Assembly (NCBI GenBank): GCA_018817315.1
Contig: JAHITV010000002.1
Span: forward strand, 1-56,540
Direction of reading: 5' to 3'
Origin: Patescibacteria group bacterium
Lineage (GTDB): Bacteria > Patescibacteriota > Patescibacteriia > UBA1558 > UBA10009
Length of the DNA: 56,540 bases
The notes beneath the pieces were generated by a model. It worked only from the letters and a program-made list of their open reading frames with translations. It was not told where the DNA came from and made no database searches. A program made the translations under genes and the position numbers. Below, piece by piece: positions 44,894 through 55,945 of this stretch (its first letter is position 1; each line of letters opens with the position of its first letter).

Positions 44894-47530
44894 TTATTGA
44901 AATTTTTTAGCTTTTTTAATGTCAATTTTACCGCTACTGCCAAACACTACTATATCACGGCGGCTAATCTTTTTGGTTAGTAAACAATTAGCTAAAGCAT
45001 TATCCACTTTTTCCTGAATTAAACGTCTTAAAGGACGCGCCCCAAACACCGGATCAAAACCTTCTTTTGCAAGCTCCTTAATAGCTTCATCAGTAACTTC
45101 TAAAAATATGCCTTTAATTTCCAAACGTTTCTTGACTTTATTAATTAATAAAACTGTAATTTTTTCTATATCTTCCTCGCTTAATGGCTTAAACACTACT
45201 ACTCCGTCTAAACGATTTAAAAATTCCGGCCTAAAGTATTTTTTTAATTCTTTAAGCATTAAATCTTCTTTGATTTCCTCAATGTTTTTGCCAATTCTGA
45301 TATTATCCTGAATATACTGGGTACCGGCATTAGAAGTACCAATGATAATGCAGCTGCTAAAATCAACGGTTCTGCCTAAAGCATCTGTTAAGCGGCCGTC
45401 ATCCATCACCTGTAAAAAAACATTTAAAATATCTGGATGAGCTTTTTCTATTTCATCCAAAAGCAGTAAAGTAAATGGTTGTTTTCTAATAGCTTCGGTT
45501 AAAATTCCTCTAAGACCACTGGATGCATCCCCTATTAAACGACTAAGACTTTTTTGTTCTTGATATTCACTCATATCCAATCTAATCATTTTTTCTTCTG
45601 CCCCAAAATAAACTTCTGCCACGGTTTTAGCCAGTTCTGTTTTACCCACTCCTGTTGGCCCTAAAAACAAAAGATTAACAATCGGTCTTTTGATATCCCT
45701 TAGCTCTGTCCGGGCGCGCCGCAAAGCCGCCGCCACCAAATCCACTGCCTCTTCTTGATCAATAATGCGCTGATGAATTCTTTTTTCTAAATTCAAAAGT
45801 TTTTCTGATTCCTCTTGAGTTATCTCTGTTAAAAGAATGCCGGTACGATGAGAAATTATTTTAGCCACATCTTCGCCACTGACTAAATGATTTTCTCCTT
45901 TTTCTGCTCTGACCGTCGCTGCTACTTCTTCTAAAATCCTATAAGCTTTATCTGGCAAATGACTTTCTGGTAAATATCTTCTGGAAAGTTTAACTGTTCT
46001 TGCCAAAGCATCATAGGAAAAGAAAACATGATGCTTGCCTTCTAAATAAGCAGTCTTAGATTCTATCATCTGGATTGCCTCATTATCTTCCGGTTCTAAA
46101 ATATTTACCCTGGTTAATACTTCTGCCAAAGGTTTTCCTTCTAAATATTTTTTATAATCAGCCGGCGTAGTGGTGGCAATGGTAATAACACTTTTTTTAC
46201 TTAAAAACTTGGCAAAAATTTCCGAAAGATCAACATTTTCCGTACCCAGAGAAGACAAACCCACTAAATCATGAATATTATCTATATGCAAAATAATATT
46301 ACCAGCTCTGATTATTTCGTTCATAATAATGAGCATTCGCTCCTGCAGTTCATTTGGTCTGGTTGCTCCTCCTACCAAATGAGCAATAGATAAACTGATA
46401 AAACGTTTATCCTGTAAAACCTTTGGGACTTCTTCTGCCACCATCATATTAGCCAAGCCTTCAACAACGTTGGATTTACCAACGCCAGGAAGTCCCACAA
46501 TTAACACACTGTTCTTGCCGCCTTCAATAATATGAAAAATTTCTTCTATTTCTTTATCTCTGGCAACACACAAAGGCAAATATCCTGCCCGCGCCAGTTG
46601 AGTTAAATCTTCGCTAAAACTATCTAAGACTGGCGTGGCTAAAGCTGTCATTGCCCTATCCATGGTTCCTTTGGGTTTAAAATACGCTTTTGCCCGGTAA
46701 CGTTTGTAGCTTGCCTGTAATTTTTTCTGGATATTAATCCATTTAACGGCGTTAATCATTTCCTCTAAATCAATTTTAAAATCCAGTAAAATATCCTGAA
46801 TCAGTTTATCCTGCATGGCAATTGCCTCTAAAATATCAGCTGCCTCAACTTTAGAACGACGGTCCTGATAAGCCAAAAAATAAGCTTGGGATAAAACTTG
46901 ATATATTTGCGGATCTATTGATTCTTTGCCTGTAGACTGCTGTTTTAAAATTTCCTTAGTAACTCTATAAAGACTTTTAGCGGAAACTTCTAGTCTGGTA
47001 AAAATGATTTTTAAGTCTGGCACTAAAAGCAGTTGATTAAACAAATAAAGAAGATTAAAAGTTCTTTTCTGCCGGCAGGAGCTAAGAAAGGCCTGATCAA
47101 CTAATTTTAAAGCTTCCTGTGTAAAACTGTCTGACATATCCACTCTTTTAATCTTTTCCGGCTTTATTTTCTCTTTGTTAAAACTTTTTTTAATCACCTT
47201 AAAACTTTTTCGCGCCGCCAGATTTAAGTCATAAAATAAATACATACCAGCAACTACCGACCACCAAAAATAAATTAAATATTTACTTTGCCAAGCTTGT
47301 AAACCAAACAAAGGCAGGTGCTGCCGTAAAATCATTACTAAGTGATAAAATAAAGCAACAATTCCTCCTAAACAGATTAAAAATAAAATTATCCTTTTTA
47401 GATTATTAATAAAAACAGAGAATCTCCTTAACATTATTTCATTAAAAGAAAAATTTCTGCCCCAAAAAAGTTGTTTGTCTTCCAGTTCCAAATATTCAGT
47501 TAAATGATTCTTTTTTTCTCTTAATTCCAT
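44894..47530 (-). CDS. Clp/Hsp100-family double AAA+ ATPase with N-terminal transmembrane segments
   Basis: 878 aa with two Walker A sites (GLPGVGKSN and GPTGVGKTE) and Clp_N-like repeats. Hydrophobic helices IILFLICLGGIVALFYHLVMIL and LIYFWWSVVAGMYLFYDL precede them. Confidence 0.85.
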   Translation of the reverse strand: MELREKKNHLTEYLELEDKQLFWGRNFSFNEIMLRRFSVFINNLKRIILFLICLGGIVALFYHLVMILRQHLPLFGLQAWQSKYLIYFWWSVVAGMYLFYDLNLAARKSFKVIKKSFNKEKIKPEKIKRVDMSDSFTQEALKLVDQAFLSSCRQKRTFNLLYLFNQLLLVPDLKIIFTRLEVSAKSLYRVTKEILKQQSTGKESIDPQIYQVLSQAYFLAYQDRRSKVEAADILEAIAMQDKLIQDILLDFKIDLEEMINAVKWINIQKKLQASYKRYRAKAYFKPKGTMDRAMTALATPVLDSFSEDLTQLARAGYLPLCVARDKEIEEIFHIIEGGKNSVLIVGLPGVGKSNVVEGLANMMVAEEVPKVLQDKRFISLSIAHLVGGATRPNELQERMLIIMNEIIRAGNIILHIDNIHDLVGLSSLGTENVDLSEIFAKFLSKKSVITIATTTPADYKKYLEGKPLAEVLTRVNILEPEDNEAIQMIESKTAYLEGKHHVFFSYDALARTVKLSRRYLPESHLPDKAYRILEEVAATVRAEKGENHLVSGEDVAKIISHRTGILLTEITQEESEKLLNLEKRIHQRIIDQEEAVDLVAAALRRARTELRDIKRPIVNLLFLGPTGVGKTELAKTVAEVYFGAEEKMIRLDMSEYQEQKSLSRLIGDASSGLRGILTEAIRKQPFTLLLLDEIEKAHPDILNVFLQVMDDGRLTDALGRTVDFSSCIIIGTSNAGTQYIQDNIRIGKNIEEIKEDLMLKELKKYFRPEFLNRLDGVVVFKPLSEEDIEKITVLLINKVKKRLEIKGIFLEVTDEAIKELAKEGFDPVFGARPLRRLIQEKVDNALANCLLTKKISRRDIVVFGSSGKIDIKKAKKFQ

Positions 47531-47539
47531 TTTTAGAAT

Positions 47540-47911
47540 TTACTTTATATATAAATAAATCAACATCCAAATTGTTAAAGGAGGCAAAAACAAATAAATA
47601 AAAAACAGGGCGATGAAGATGGCTAATAAGATCAACATCAAAATAGAACGGATAATAATCTGAATAAGCCGCATGAAAAAACTAATAATACGACTGGCAA
47701 CATCATACTGCCCGTACATCGGACGAAAAATATTAATAAGCCACACCCCCAAAGACAAATTATGCCAGGCTTGGCTTATTAATTTAAGAGTACCTTTAAA
47801 AACAATGATAAGACCACTTGAATACCACCAAACAGGCCAAGTAATTAAATTCCTGACTGAACCTATCAAAGTATATTTTGCCAAAACTGCTACAAAATTT
47901 TCATTCTTCAT
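47540..47911 (-). CDS. small integral membrane protein, unknown function
   Basis: 123-aa hydrophobic ORF, 9 nt downstream-adjacent to the Clp gene start. Confidence 0.45.
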   Translation of the reverse strand: MKNENFVAVLAKYTLIGSVRNLITWPVWWYSSGLIIVFKGTLKLISQAWHNLSLGVWLINIFRPMYGQYDVASRIISFFMRLIQIIIRSILMLILLAIFIALFFIYLFLPPLTIWMLIYLYIK

Positions 47912-47999
47912 ATTTGTATTTTAGCATAAATTAACTACCTAAAAAAGCCCTTTAAATTTTGGGGTTCAATTTGTTTTTAAAGATTTTAATTAATAATCC

Positions 48000-48524
48000 T
48001 TAGATAGCTAAATCAATGATAATCACTACTAACCAGATCATGCTGATATACCACTTTAAACCATTAAGCCGGTAACATTTTTCTTCGCTAAAATTAAAAA
48101 GCAAAGCCAGAGAAAAAATTAGCAAAAATAATATTTCCAAACAAAACAAAAATATCACTAACTTATACAAAGTAAGATAATAAATTGCTATATAAATTAA
48201 AGACCATAAAAACCTGTCGGAAAGTTTATCTAAAATACTACCCAAGGACGTCGCTTTATTTTGTTTTCTTGCCAAGGAACCGTCTAAAAGATCCAAAAGC
48301 CAATTTAAGGCAAAAATGAAAAATAAATAAAAAGCGGAAAATTTAAAAATAAAATAAAGGATAAAAGCAAAAAACACCAAAAACATTCTAAAGATAGTTA
48401 TTGAATTCGGAGAAACCCAAGATGGCAGTAATTTAATCACCGGGTTTATGAACTTATCTTTATATATTTTTATCTTATCAAAAAATATTTTGTATTTTTT
48501 TAATAAAACGATAAAAAAAGTCAT
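48000..48524 (-). CDS. CDP-alcohol phosphatidyltransferase family protein
   Basis: DLLDGSLARKQNKATSLGSILDKLSDR matches the family signature. Polytopic. This is the second family member in the window. Confidence 0.7.
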   Translation of the reverse strand: MTFFIVLLKKYKIFFDKIKIYKDKFINPVIKLLPSWVSPNSITIFRMFLVFFAFILYFIFKFSAFYLFFIFALNWLLDLLDGSLARKQNKATSLGSILDKLSDRFLWSLIYIAIYYLTLYKLVIFLFCLEILFLLIFSLALLFNFSEEKCYRLNGLKWYISMIWLVVIIIDLAI

Positions 48525-48526
48525 TT

Positions 48527-49099
48527 TTAAAGAGCCTTCCTTGGCAATTGATAAATATAAAGAGCGCTACCCAAACAAAGCACTCCCATTAAAACAAAGA
48601 TAACATTAAAACCTAAATAAGTAACAATAAAACCGCCAATTACCGCTCCTATGGCAGCAGTAAAATAAGTTGCTGCTTCATAGATTCCCCATTGTTTGCC
48701 TGATTTTCTCTTTGTTAAATGTTTGGAATAAACTGCATCAAAAGCTGGAGAATAGATTGCTTCGCCCAAGCCAATTATTACCTGAACTAAAAAAAGAAAC
48801 CAAATTGAATTTACTACCGTATATAATAAAAAACCAATCCCCATAAAGACATAACCTAATACCACAATTAATTCATTCTCTTTTACTTTGTCGCTATATT
48901 TGCCTGATATCAAAGTAACAATACCTGCTGTTAGGGCAAATATGCCACCGGCTAAACTGGCATCAAGTAAACTACCGCCAATCTCCTCCACAAATAAAGA
49001 ATAAATCGGACCAAGCATGGCTGCCGCCAGTAAAATCAGGGCATTGGTTATTAATAAAATTTTTAAAGGTTTGTTAAAAAAATTTCTTCTACTAAACAT
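48527..49099 (-). CDS. half-size MFS-like membrane protein (6 TM)
   Basis: 190 aa of Gly-rich hydrophobic helices resembling one MFS lobe. Sits 2 nt from the downstream gene. Confidence 0.5.
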   Translation of the reverse strand: MFSRRNFFNKPLKILLITNALILLAAAMLGPIYSLFVEEIGGSLLDASLAGGIFALTAGIVTLISGKYSDKVKENELIVVLGYVFMGIGFLLYTVVNSIWFLFLVQVIIGLGEAIYSPAFDAVYSKHLTKRKSGKQWGIYEAATYFTAAIGAVIGGFIVTYLGFNVIFVLMGVLCLGSALYIYQLPRKAL

Positions 49100-49102
49100 A
49101 AA

Positions 49103-50263
49103 TTATAACTTACCTAATTTAATCGCCTGACGAACAGCAGACATTAATTGTAAATAAAATTCTAAATTATTTAAAGTGGATAATCGTAAAGCCAGTGGTT
49201 CATTAACCGAAAACAAATGGCGCAAATAAGCTCTGGAATAATTTTTTAATTCTGTAAATTGACTGTTCTTATTAATAGGAGTTGAATCTTTAACGAATTT
49301 TTCCTTAGTAATATTAATGGTCTTATAGAATTTACCTTTAAGCAGTTTATTATTCCAAAAATATAATCTTCCATGCCTTGCTTCTCTGGTGGGAATAACA
49401 CAATCAAACATATCAATCCCCTTTCTGACCGCTTCAATGATTTGTTCCGGATAACCAACGCCCATTAAATATCTTACCTTCTTTTCCGGCAATAAAGGGA
49501 CGGTATAATCAAGCACCTGATACATTTCTTTAGGACTTTCGCCAACGGCTAGTCCTCCAATAGCATAACCGTCAAAATCCATTTTAATTAATTCTTGAGC
49601 GCAGGATTGACGCAAGTCCTGATAAAGTGATCCTTGAACAATAGCAAATAACAGTTGCCCTTTAGTATTTTTAGCTGACTTAAAGAATTTGACTGATTTA
49701 GCAGCCCAGTTAATTGTTCGCTGCATTGCTTCTTTGGCTTCAGTATAAGTACTGGGGTTTTTTAAACACTGATCAAGGACCATCAGAATATCCGAACCAA
49801 AAATCTTTTGCATCTTAATTACTGAAACGGGAGTGAATAAATGTTTAGAGCCGTCATAAACTGAACGAAATTCCACGCCCTTATCAGTAGCTTTAACCAA
49901 TGATTGATAATCACAAAAATCTTTTCTGTTTTGCTTTGAGTTACGACGCACTTTTAAAGAAAACACCTGAAAGCCACCTGAATCCGTTAAAATCGGCCCG
50001 GACCAATTAATAAACTTATGCAAATCTCCTGCTTTTTTTATACTGGCTAAACCCGGTTTAAGAAATAAATGATAACTGTTTCCCAAAATGATCTGTGCTC
50101 CCATTTTCATTAATTCTTCGGAAGTTATTGCTTTAACACTGCCTCTGGTAGCAATCGGCATAAAAAACGGCGTTTTAATTTCTCCGTTTTTAACTTTTAA
50201 AATGCCTGTACGCGCCTGACTTATTTTAGAAATAGTTAGCAAATCAAATTTGTCTTTCTTCAT
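49103..50263 (-). CDS. tgt: tRNA-guanine transglycosylase (queuine tRNA-ribosyltransferase)
   Basis: 386 aa with TPFFMPIATRGSVK, LTDSGGFQVFSL, GGLAVGE and CVIPTR motifs. Confidence 0.92.
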   Translation of the reverse strand: MKKDKFDLLTISKISQARTGILKVKNGEIKTPFFMPIATRGSVKAITSEELMKMGAQIILGNSYHLFLKPGLASIKKAGDLHKFINWSGPILTDSGGFQVFSLKVRRNSKQNRKDFCDYQSLVKATDKGVEFRSVYDGSKHLFTPVSVIKMQKIFGSDILMVLDQCLKNPSTYTEAKEAMQRTINWAAKSVKFFKSAKNTKGQLLFAIVQGSLYQDLRQSCAQELIKMDFDGYAIGGLAVGESPKEMYQVLDYTVPLLPEKKVRYLMGVGYPEQIIEAVRKGIDMFDCVIPTREARHGRLYFWNNKLLKGKFYKTINITKEKFVKDSTPINKNSQFTELKNYSRAYLRHLFSVNEPLALRLSTLNNLEFYLQLMSAVRQAIKLGKL

Positions 50264-50278
50264 AAAAAACTAATGGCT

Positions 50279-50302
50279 AAAAAACCATTAATCTTAATGG
50301 TT
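50279..50302 (-). terminator. hairpin terminator between the 639-aa gene and tgt
   Basis: AACCATTA-(AGAT)-TAATGGTT followed by T-rich sequence on the minus strand. Confidence 0.45.
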
Positions 50303-50344
50303 TTTATTTTATAAGAACTACATATAATTAACATTGATTTACTG

Positions 50345-52264
50345 TTAGTTTCCTGCCTTTACCCTGCCCTTTCCCGAAGCCACAGGATCTGCTGATAATT
50401 CAGAAGTTAATAAATTATTGGCTATAAAAACAGGAAGATCATTTCCTTGTTCCTTGGCTTGCAGGGAAGTTGGATTAATCAGAACCAGTAACTGATCAAA
50501 ATGGGATGAATCAGGAACAACCGAAATATCAAAACTTACCGAAACTTGAGTATTAGGAGCTAAAGACTCAATTTGCCAAATCACCTGGCGGTTTTCTTCC
50601 TGATAGTTGAATTGACTATTGATGGTGGCATCATCTGCTTGTTGAACCCAGTTAATATAAGGAGGTAAACTGGCTTTAATTTTAAGCTGCTCCAAAGCGC
50701 GAGAACCAGAAAAAGCTTTCCAATAAATGCGATATTTTGTTTCCTGGCCTACCACTGGAGGCAAAGGACCACTGCCTACGGCTGTTTGTTCATCTAAATA
50801 ATATCTGGCTTCAGTTAAAAGCTGGGGTTGTACTCCCAAGAAAGTGGTTAAAGGTTCACTGGTTATTGAATAAGTTTTTTCTCCTGTTTTATAGTTTAAA
50901 ATAGCTTCTGCTACAATAATCAGATCTTCAGGAGTAAAAACATCAAGATCAGACGGTTTTTCTTTTAAAGGAACACTGAACACTAATTCTATTTTGTTCT
51001 GGGGTAAAATCTCGCTTAACTTTTTGCCAAATTCTCCACTCTCTTGGGACCAGTTTAAAGTGTTGCGGTCTCTTTGGGCAAATGTTTGGTTGTTAAATTT
51101 ACTCCAGTCTATTAAAGAAGTATCAAATTTTACTTTTAGAAAAGCATTTTCAGCTTTTATTAAACCATTATTCTCTATACTAAGATGACAATCAAGATTA
51201 CCACCCCAAGAAAGCTCATCACTATCAGAAAAAGCTAAATTCACTTGTAAATCAGGCGTTACAATCTGGATTTTTTCTTCTTCTTGATAAAGTAAACGTT
51301 GCTGTCTTTCTCCTTCATGTAAAATATTCTGCCAAACCTTAAACAACCACGACACCTCCCCTGTTAACGATTCGGCAAATTTACCTTGCAAATTTATTTC
51401 CCCTTCTTGTTTGGCTTCTATTTTTTCAAATTTCCATAAGATATCTTGAGTAGTGGAAGGGCTGCTGGAAATAACCGTAAAATCGTTACCTAAATCAAAA
51501 CTCATAAACAGGTCTCCCATTTCTTCTGTTGTGGTATTTTGATATTTAACTTTGAATTCTGCCATGCTCGCCAGTGATAAAACTTCTGGTTTTTCTACTA
51601 TCACATCAAACAAAACATCATTAATTTTAATAGTAGTTAAAAGTTCACTCTTAAAATTAGAATTAAAATTGGTTGGCTGATAATAAAAGGTGGCTTTAAA
51701 TTCCTTTGCTTCATCAATTTTACCAACTAATTGTCCGCTGATTTCAATCTTACCGCCTTGTCCCGGCTCTAAATCAGGTAATCGCCAAATATTATTCTGG
51801 CTGCCACTTGGTTTTAGATTGGAACTATTAAAGAAAAAACCTTCCGGATATTGAACCACTGCTTCAATTTTTTCTAAAGTAATCCTGTCCCGATTTTCAT
51901 AAATCAGTTGCATTTTAAACTCTTCCCCCGAAGACAACTCCTTAGGACTTTTAAGAGATAATTTAACCGACTCCCCAGAAGTTTTATCCTGATAAAAAAC
52001 AAAAAAACTAAAAATAGCTGCACTTATTAATAAAATAAAAAGGATAATCAAAAAAACCAAAAGCGGTTTACCTTTGCCTTTAGTAGTCCTAGCTAAAGAA
52101 GAATAAGCAGGTATTCTTTTTCCGGTCATAGAAGAAATACTAGAAATTTTCCTAGCAGCAAAACTGGGCCTTTTAATTCCACTTTGGGGTGATGATTTTT
52201 CTCCTCGTAATTTCCTTAAATCCACAACTTTTGATCCCCTTTGAGAAGCAATTTTTTTAGGCAT
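50345..52264 (-). CDS. large membrane-anchored hypothetical protein (basic tail, one TM helix, about 550-aa extracytoplasmic region)
   Basis: 639-aa ORF with TM segment LLVFLIILFILLISAAIFSFFVFY. The remainder has a repetitive beta-rich character. Its start overlaps the recO end by 8 nt. Confidence 0.5.
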   Translation of the reverse strand: MPKKIASQRGSKVVDLRKLRGEKSSPQSGIKRPSFAARKISSISSMTGKRIPAYSSLARTTKGKGKPLLVFLIILFILLISAAIFSFFVFYQDKTSGESVKLSLKSPKELSSGEEFKMQLIYENRDRITLEKIEAVVQYPEGFFFNSSNLKPSGSQNNIWRLPDLEPGQGGKIEISGQLVGKIDEAKEFKATFYYQPTNFNSNFKSELLTTIKINDVLFDVIVEKPEVLSLASMAEFKVKYQNTTTEEMGDLFMSFDLGNDFTVISSSPSTTQDILWKFEKIEAKQEGEINLQGKFAESLTGEVSWLFKVWQNILHEGERQQRLLYQEEEKIQIVTPDLQVNLAFSDSDELSWGGNLDCHLSIENNGLIKAENAFLKVKFDTSLIDWSKFNNQTFAQRDRNTLNWSQESGEFGKKLSEILPQNKIELVFSVPLKEKPSDLDVFTPEDLIIVAEAILNYKTGEKTYSITSEPLTTFLGVQPQLLTEARYYLDEQTAVGSGPLPPVVGQETKYRIYWKAFSGSRALEQLKIKASLPPYINWVQQADDATINSQFNYQEENRQVIWQIESLAPNTQVSVSFDISVVPDSSHFDQLLVLINPTSLQAKEQGNDLPVFIANNLLTSELSADPVASGKGRVKAGN

Positions 52265-52946
52265 AAAAACTTAAATAAAAAGACTTTAAATCGCTCTCCA
52301 GAAAATAACGTAAATATTCTTGAGTGAAATTAACCAACTCTCTTACTACTTTAGAAGAGGATTGTAAAATAGTCAACTCGTTTTTTTCTTTTAAACAATC
52401 AGTTAGTAATTTTTTACCAGCAGAAGTTAAAGTAGGTAAAGTTCCTTTTTCTTTTTGCTCCAGATTAATCTTATAGCCGAGATAAATTAACATCTGCCAA
52501 ATAAATCTTAAACTAAGAAGATACAATCCGGTATAATTAAAATCTTTCACTTTTTGTTTTTGTAAAAGTAAATCCTGGCGTTCTAAAACTGCTAAAAAAG
52601 ATTCCAATAACTGATAAATTTCCTGTTGCGGCCAAGCGGGCTTAATAAGTCTATTAACCAGGTCAGAAGCTAAATTAGCCAAAGACTGAATTTTAAAATC
52701 AGTAAAAGAAAAATTTTTAATAAGTTTTGCGCCGGCAATGGTTTCTAATTCCCTGCCTTTGGCTATCATCACTGAACTGATACAGAAAGGTTCTAAATGT
52801 CCGGCTAATTTACTTTGAGAACGGGCAGCTGATCTAACTTTAGCTTCTACCTTACCGTAATGTCTGGTGTATAAAATATATAGACGATCCGCAACTCTTA
52901 ACGGTTTTTTCGTCAAAACTAACGCTTCGGTTTTAAAAGTAGACAT
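52257..52946 (-). CDS. recO: DNA repair protein RecO
   Basis: 229 aa. N-terminal OB-fold region (TEALVLTKKPLRVADRLYILYTRHYGKV) is typical of RecO. Confidence 0.8.
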   Translation of the reverse strand: MSTFKTEALVLTKKPLRVADRLYILYTRHYGKVEAKVRSAARSQSKLAGHLEPFCISSVMIAKGRELETIAGAKLIKNFSFTDFKIQSLANLASDLVNRLIKPAWPQQEIYQLLESFLAVLERQDLLLQKQKVKDFNYTGLYLLSLRFIWQMLIYLGYKINLEQKEKGTLPTLTSAGKKLLTDCLKEKNELTILQSSSKVVRELVNFTQEYLRYFLESDLKSFYLSFYA

Positions 52947-52954
52947 CTTTTTAT

Positions 52955-55836
52955 CTATTCTTGCAAACCAAGCCAGATATCATCCCGGTTTAGTTTAACC
53001 TGACGGCAGATTTTGGACTTTTCTTTCTTGCCTTCAATGATATCCTGACTTAAAGTTACTTTTAATAAATCTGTTTTAAATTGATTAATAACATCTTTAA
53101 TAAAAACAGAATCTGTTTGATAATAAACTATTACTTTATCTTTGATGGTCAACTTTGCCTCTTTTCTTAATTGATTAATGGTTCTGACCAATTCCCGATA
53201 AAAACCTTCTTCTTTTAACTCCTTTGAAATATTTGTATCTAATTCCTTAATTCCTAAAACTGATAAACTTTTGTCTTCTATATAATCTATTTCCTTAATA
53301 TTAACTTCATCCTTTATCAATTTCTCACCTTCTTTACTAAATGGAGTTCTGACGATTGTCAGTTTTTGTAACGGTTGTCTAACTTTTATACCAACCTCGT
53401 CTCTTTTAGCTAAAGCCAGTTCCACAACTTTTCTGATATCTTCCATTTCCTTAATTATTTTTTCATCAAACTTATCAGCTTTTGGCCAATCTTCTAAATG
53501 AACTGATTCTTTTTCTTTGCCAATTTTTTGATATAATTCTTCGGCAATAAAAGGCGTAAAAGGCGCTAACAGTTTTGCCAAAGTCAAAAGACAATAACCC
53601 AAAGTATTAACTGCTTGAGTTTTATCTTTTTGATCATTACCTTTAAATCTTTCGCGGCTGCGCCGTAAATACCAAGTAGAAAGTTCATTAATAAATTCAC
53701 TCAAACTTCTAGCAGCACTGAAAATATTATATTCATCTAAACCTTTAGTTACTTTTTTAATCACTAAGTTTATTTTAGCCAAAATCCATCTGTCTAAAAT
53801 ATTCTTTACCCCTTTGATAGAAAAATCATTACGGGACTGTTGCTGATACATTTCATAAAAATTCAAAACATTAAAAAGAATAAGGAAATTCTTCTTAACC
53901 ACTGCTTCCACATTTTTAATATCAAAATTTTTAGGTTCTCCCGGCTGATTAACAGTAAAAAAATGAAAACGTAAAGCGTCACTGCCCCATTTATTAATCA
54001 CTTCCCAAGGATCCACTGCATTGCCAAGGTGTTTGGACATTTTCTGTCCCTTTTTATCGTTAATATGACCCAAACAAATTACATTCTTATAACTGGTGCC
54101 TCGTTCCACTAAAACTCCTATGGCTAACAAGGTATAAAACCAGCCCCGCGTTTGGTCAATGGCTTCGGCAATATAATCTGCCGGATAATACTCCTTAGAT
54201 TCTATTTTTTTCTTATTCTCAAAAGGATAATGATGTTGGGCAAAAGGCATAGAACCGGAATCAAACCAGCAATCAGCTACTTCTGGCACGCGGGACATTT
54301 CAGCGCCGCACCTACATTTCAATTTATATTGATCAATAAAAGGACGATGAGGATCAAAATTTTTTTCTAAAATGAGAGGACATTTTGTTTCCTGATGTAA
54401 CTCTTGATAACTGCCAATAACCTTTATTTGCTTGCAAGCACTGCATTGCCAAATGGGCAAAGGCGTACCCCAATAACGTTCTCTGGAAATAGCCCAATCT
54501 TTAACTTGCACAAGCCACTCGCCAAACCTGCCTTCTTTAATATGAGCAGGAATCCAGTTTATCTTTTTATTTTCCTTGATCAGCTGTTCTCTTAAAGCAG
54601 ACATTTTAATAAACCAGGAATCTTTAGCATAATATAAAAGCGGCGTATGACAACGCCAGCAAAAAGGATAATCATGAGTGTAATCTTCTGTTTTGAATAA
54701 TAAGCCGCGTAAATCTAAATCTGCGGTTATTTCTTCTTCCACTTTTTTATCCTTAACAAATTGGCCAGACCATTTAGCGACCGAACTTAAAAAATAGCCG
54801 TTTTCATCAACAGTATGATATTTAGGCAAATCAACTTGAGCGCCTAAATTATAATCATCTTCACCGTACATCACTGCTGTGTGAACAATGCCAGTGCCGT
54901 CTGCTGTGGTCACAAAATCGGCTTTGTAAACTTTAAAAGCATTTTGATAATTTGGAGTATCCTTGGGAATGGCTCCGGCAAATAATGGCTCATATTCTAT
55001 GCCGACCAAAGCTGAACCTTTAAATTCCTTCTCAATTTTATAATCTCCCTCAATTATATCTAAAAGTTCTTTAGCTAAAATATAATTTTGGCCTTTTTGA
55101 GAAACTTTAACATAAGCAAAATCTATTCCTACAGCTAAAGCCACATTACCCGGCAAAGTCCAAGGCGTAGTTGTCCAGGATAAAATAAAATCACCGCTGG
55201 CTGCTAAATCATTACCTTTGGTGACTTTAAATTTTATATAAACAGATGGTTCGGTTATTGCCTTATAACCTTGAGCTACTTCATGACTAGAAAGAGCTGT
55301 ACCGCAACGTGGACATTGAGGCACCACCTTATACCCTTGATATAAAAAACCCCGGTCATAAATTTTTTTAAAAATCCACCATAAAGTTTCCACATAATCC
55401 TTATCATAAGTAATATAAGGATTTTCCATATCCAGCCAAAAGCCAATTCTTTCCGTTAACTTTTCCCATTCTTCTTTATATTGCCAAACGCTTTTCTGGC
55501 ATTCAGTATTAAATTTTTCTATGCCGTATTTTTCTATCTCCGGCTTACCAGAAATTTTTAGTTTTTTTTCAACTTCCAGCTCAACCGGCAAACCATGAGT
55601 ATCCCAACCAGCCTTTCTTTCCACTAAATAACCTTGCATGGTTTTAAACCGCGGTATTAAATCCTTAAAAGCTCTAGCTAAAACATGGTGGATTCCTGGC
55701 TGACCATTAGCGGTAGGCGGACCTTCATAAAAAGTAAAAGAACCCAAAGTATTTTTTTAGCTAAAGTCTTTGGAAAAATATTATTTTTCTGCCAAAATTT
55801 TATAATCTTCTCTTCCAGCTTGGGAAAATCTATCAT
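52955..55836 (-). CDS. ileS: isoleucine--tRNA ligase (type 2), reading frame interrupted at an A7 run
   Basis: The main ORF 52955..55747 starts mid-domain (..TFYEGPPTANGQPGIHHVL; KMSKHLGN further on). The true N-terminus MIDFPKLEEKIIKFWQKNNIFPKTLAKK is encoded from ATG 55836 in another frame. The two frames meet at AAAAAAA (55752-55758). Confidence 0.85.
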
Positions 55837-55945
55837 ATAAATCCTTTATTAATAAAAAAAGAGATTGCTTTTATGATACTGAAAATCAGGGTAAAAATCA
55901 AGCTGGCATTTTTTTAGAATTTAATCCAAATCACTAACAAATAAA

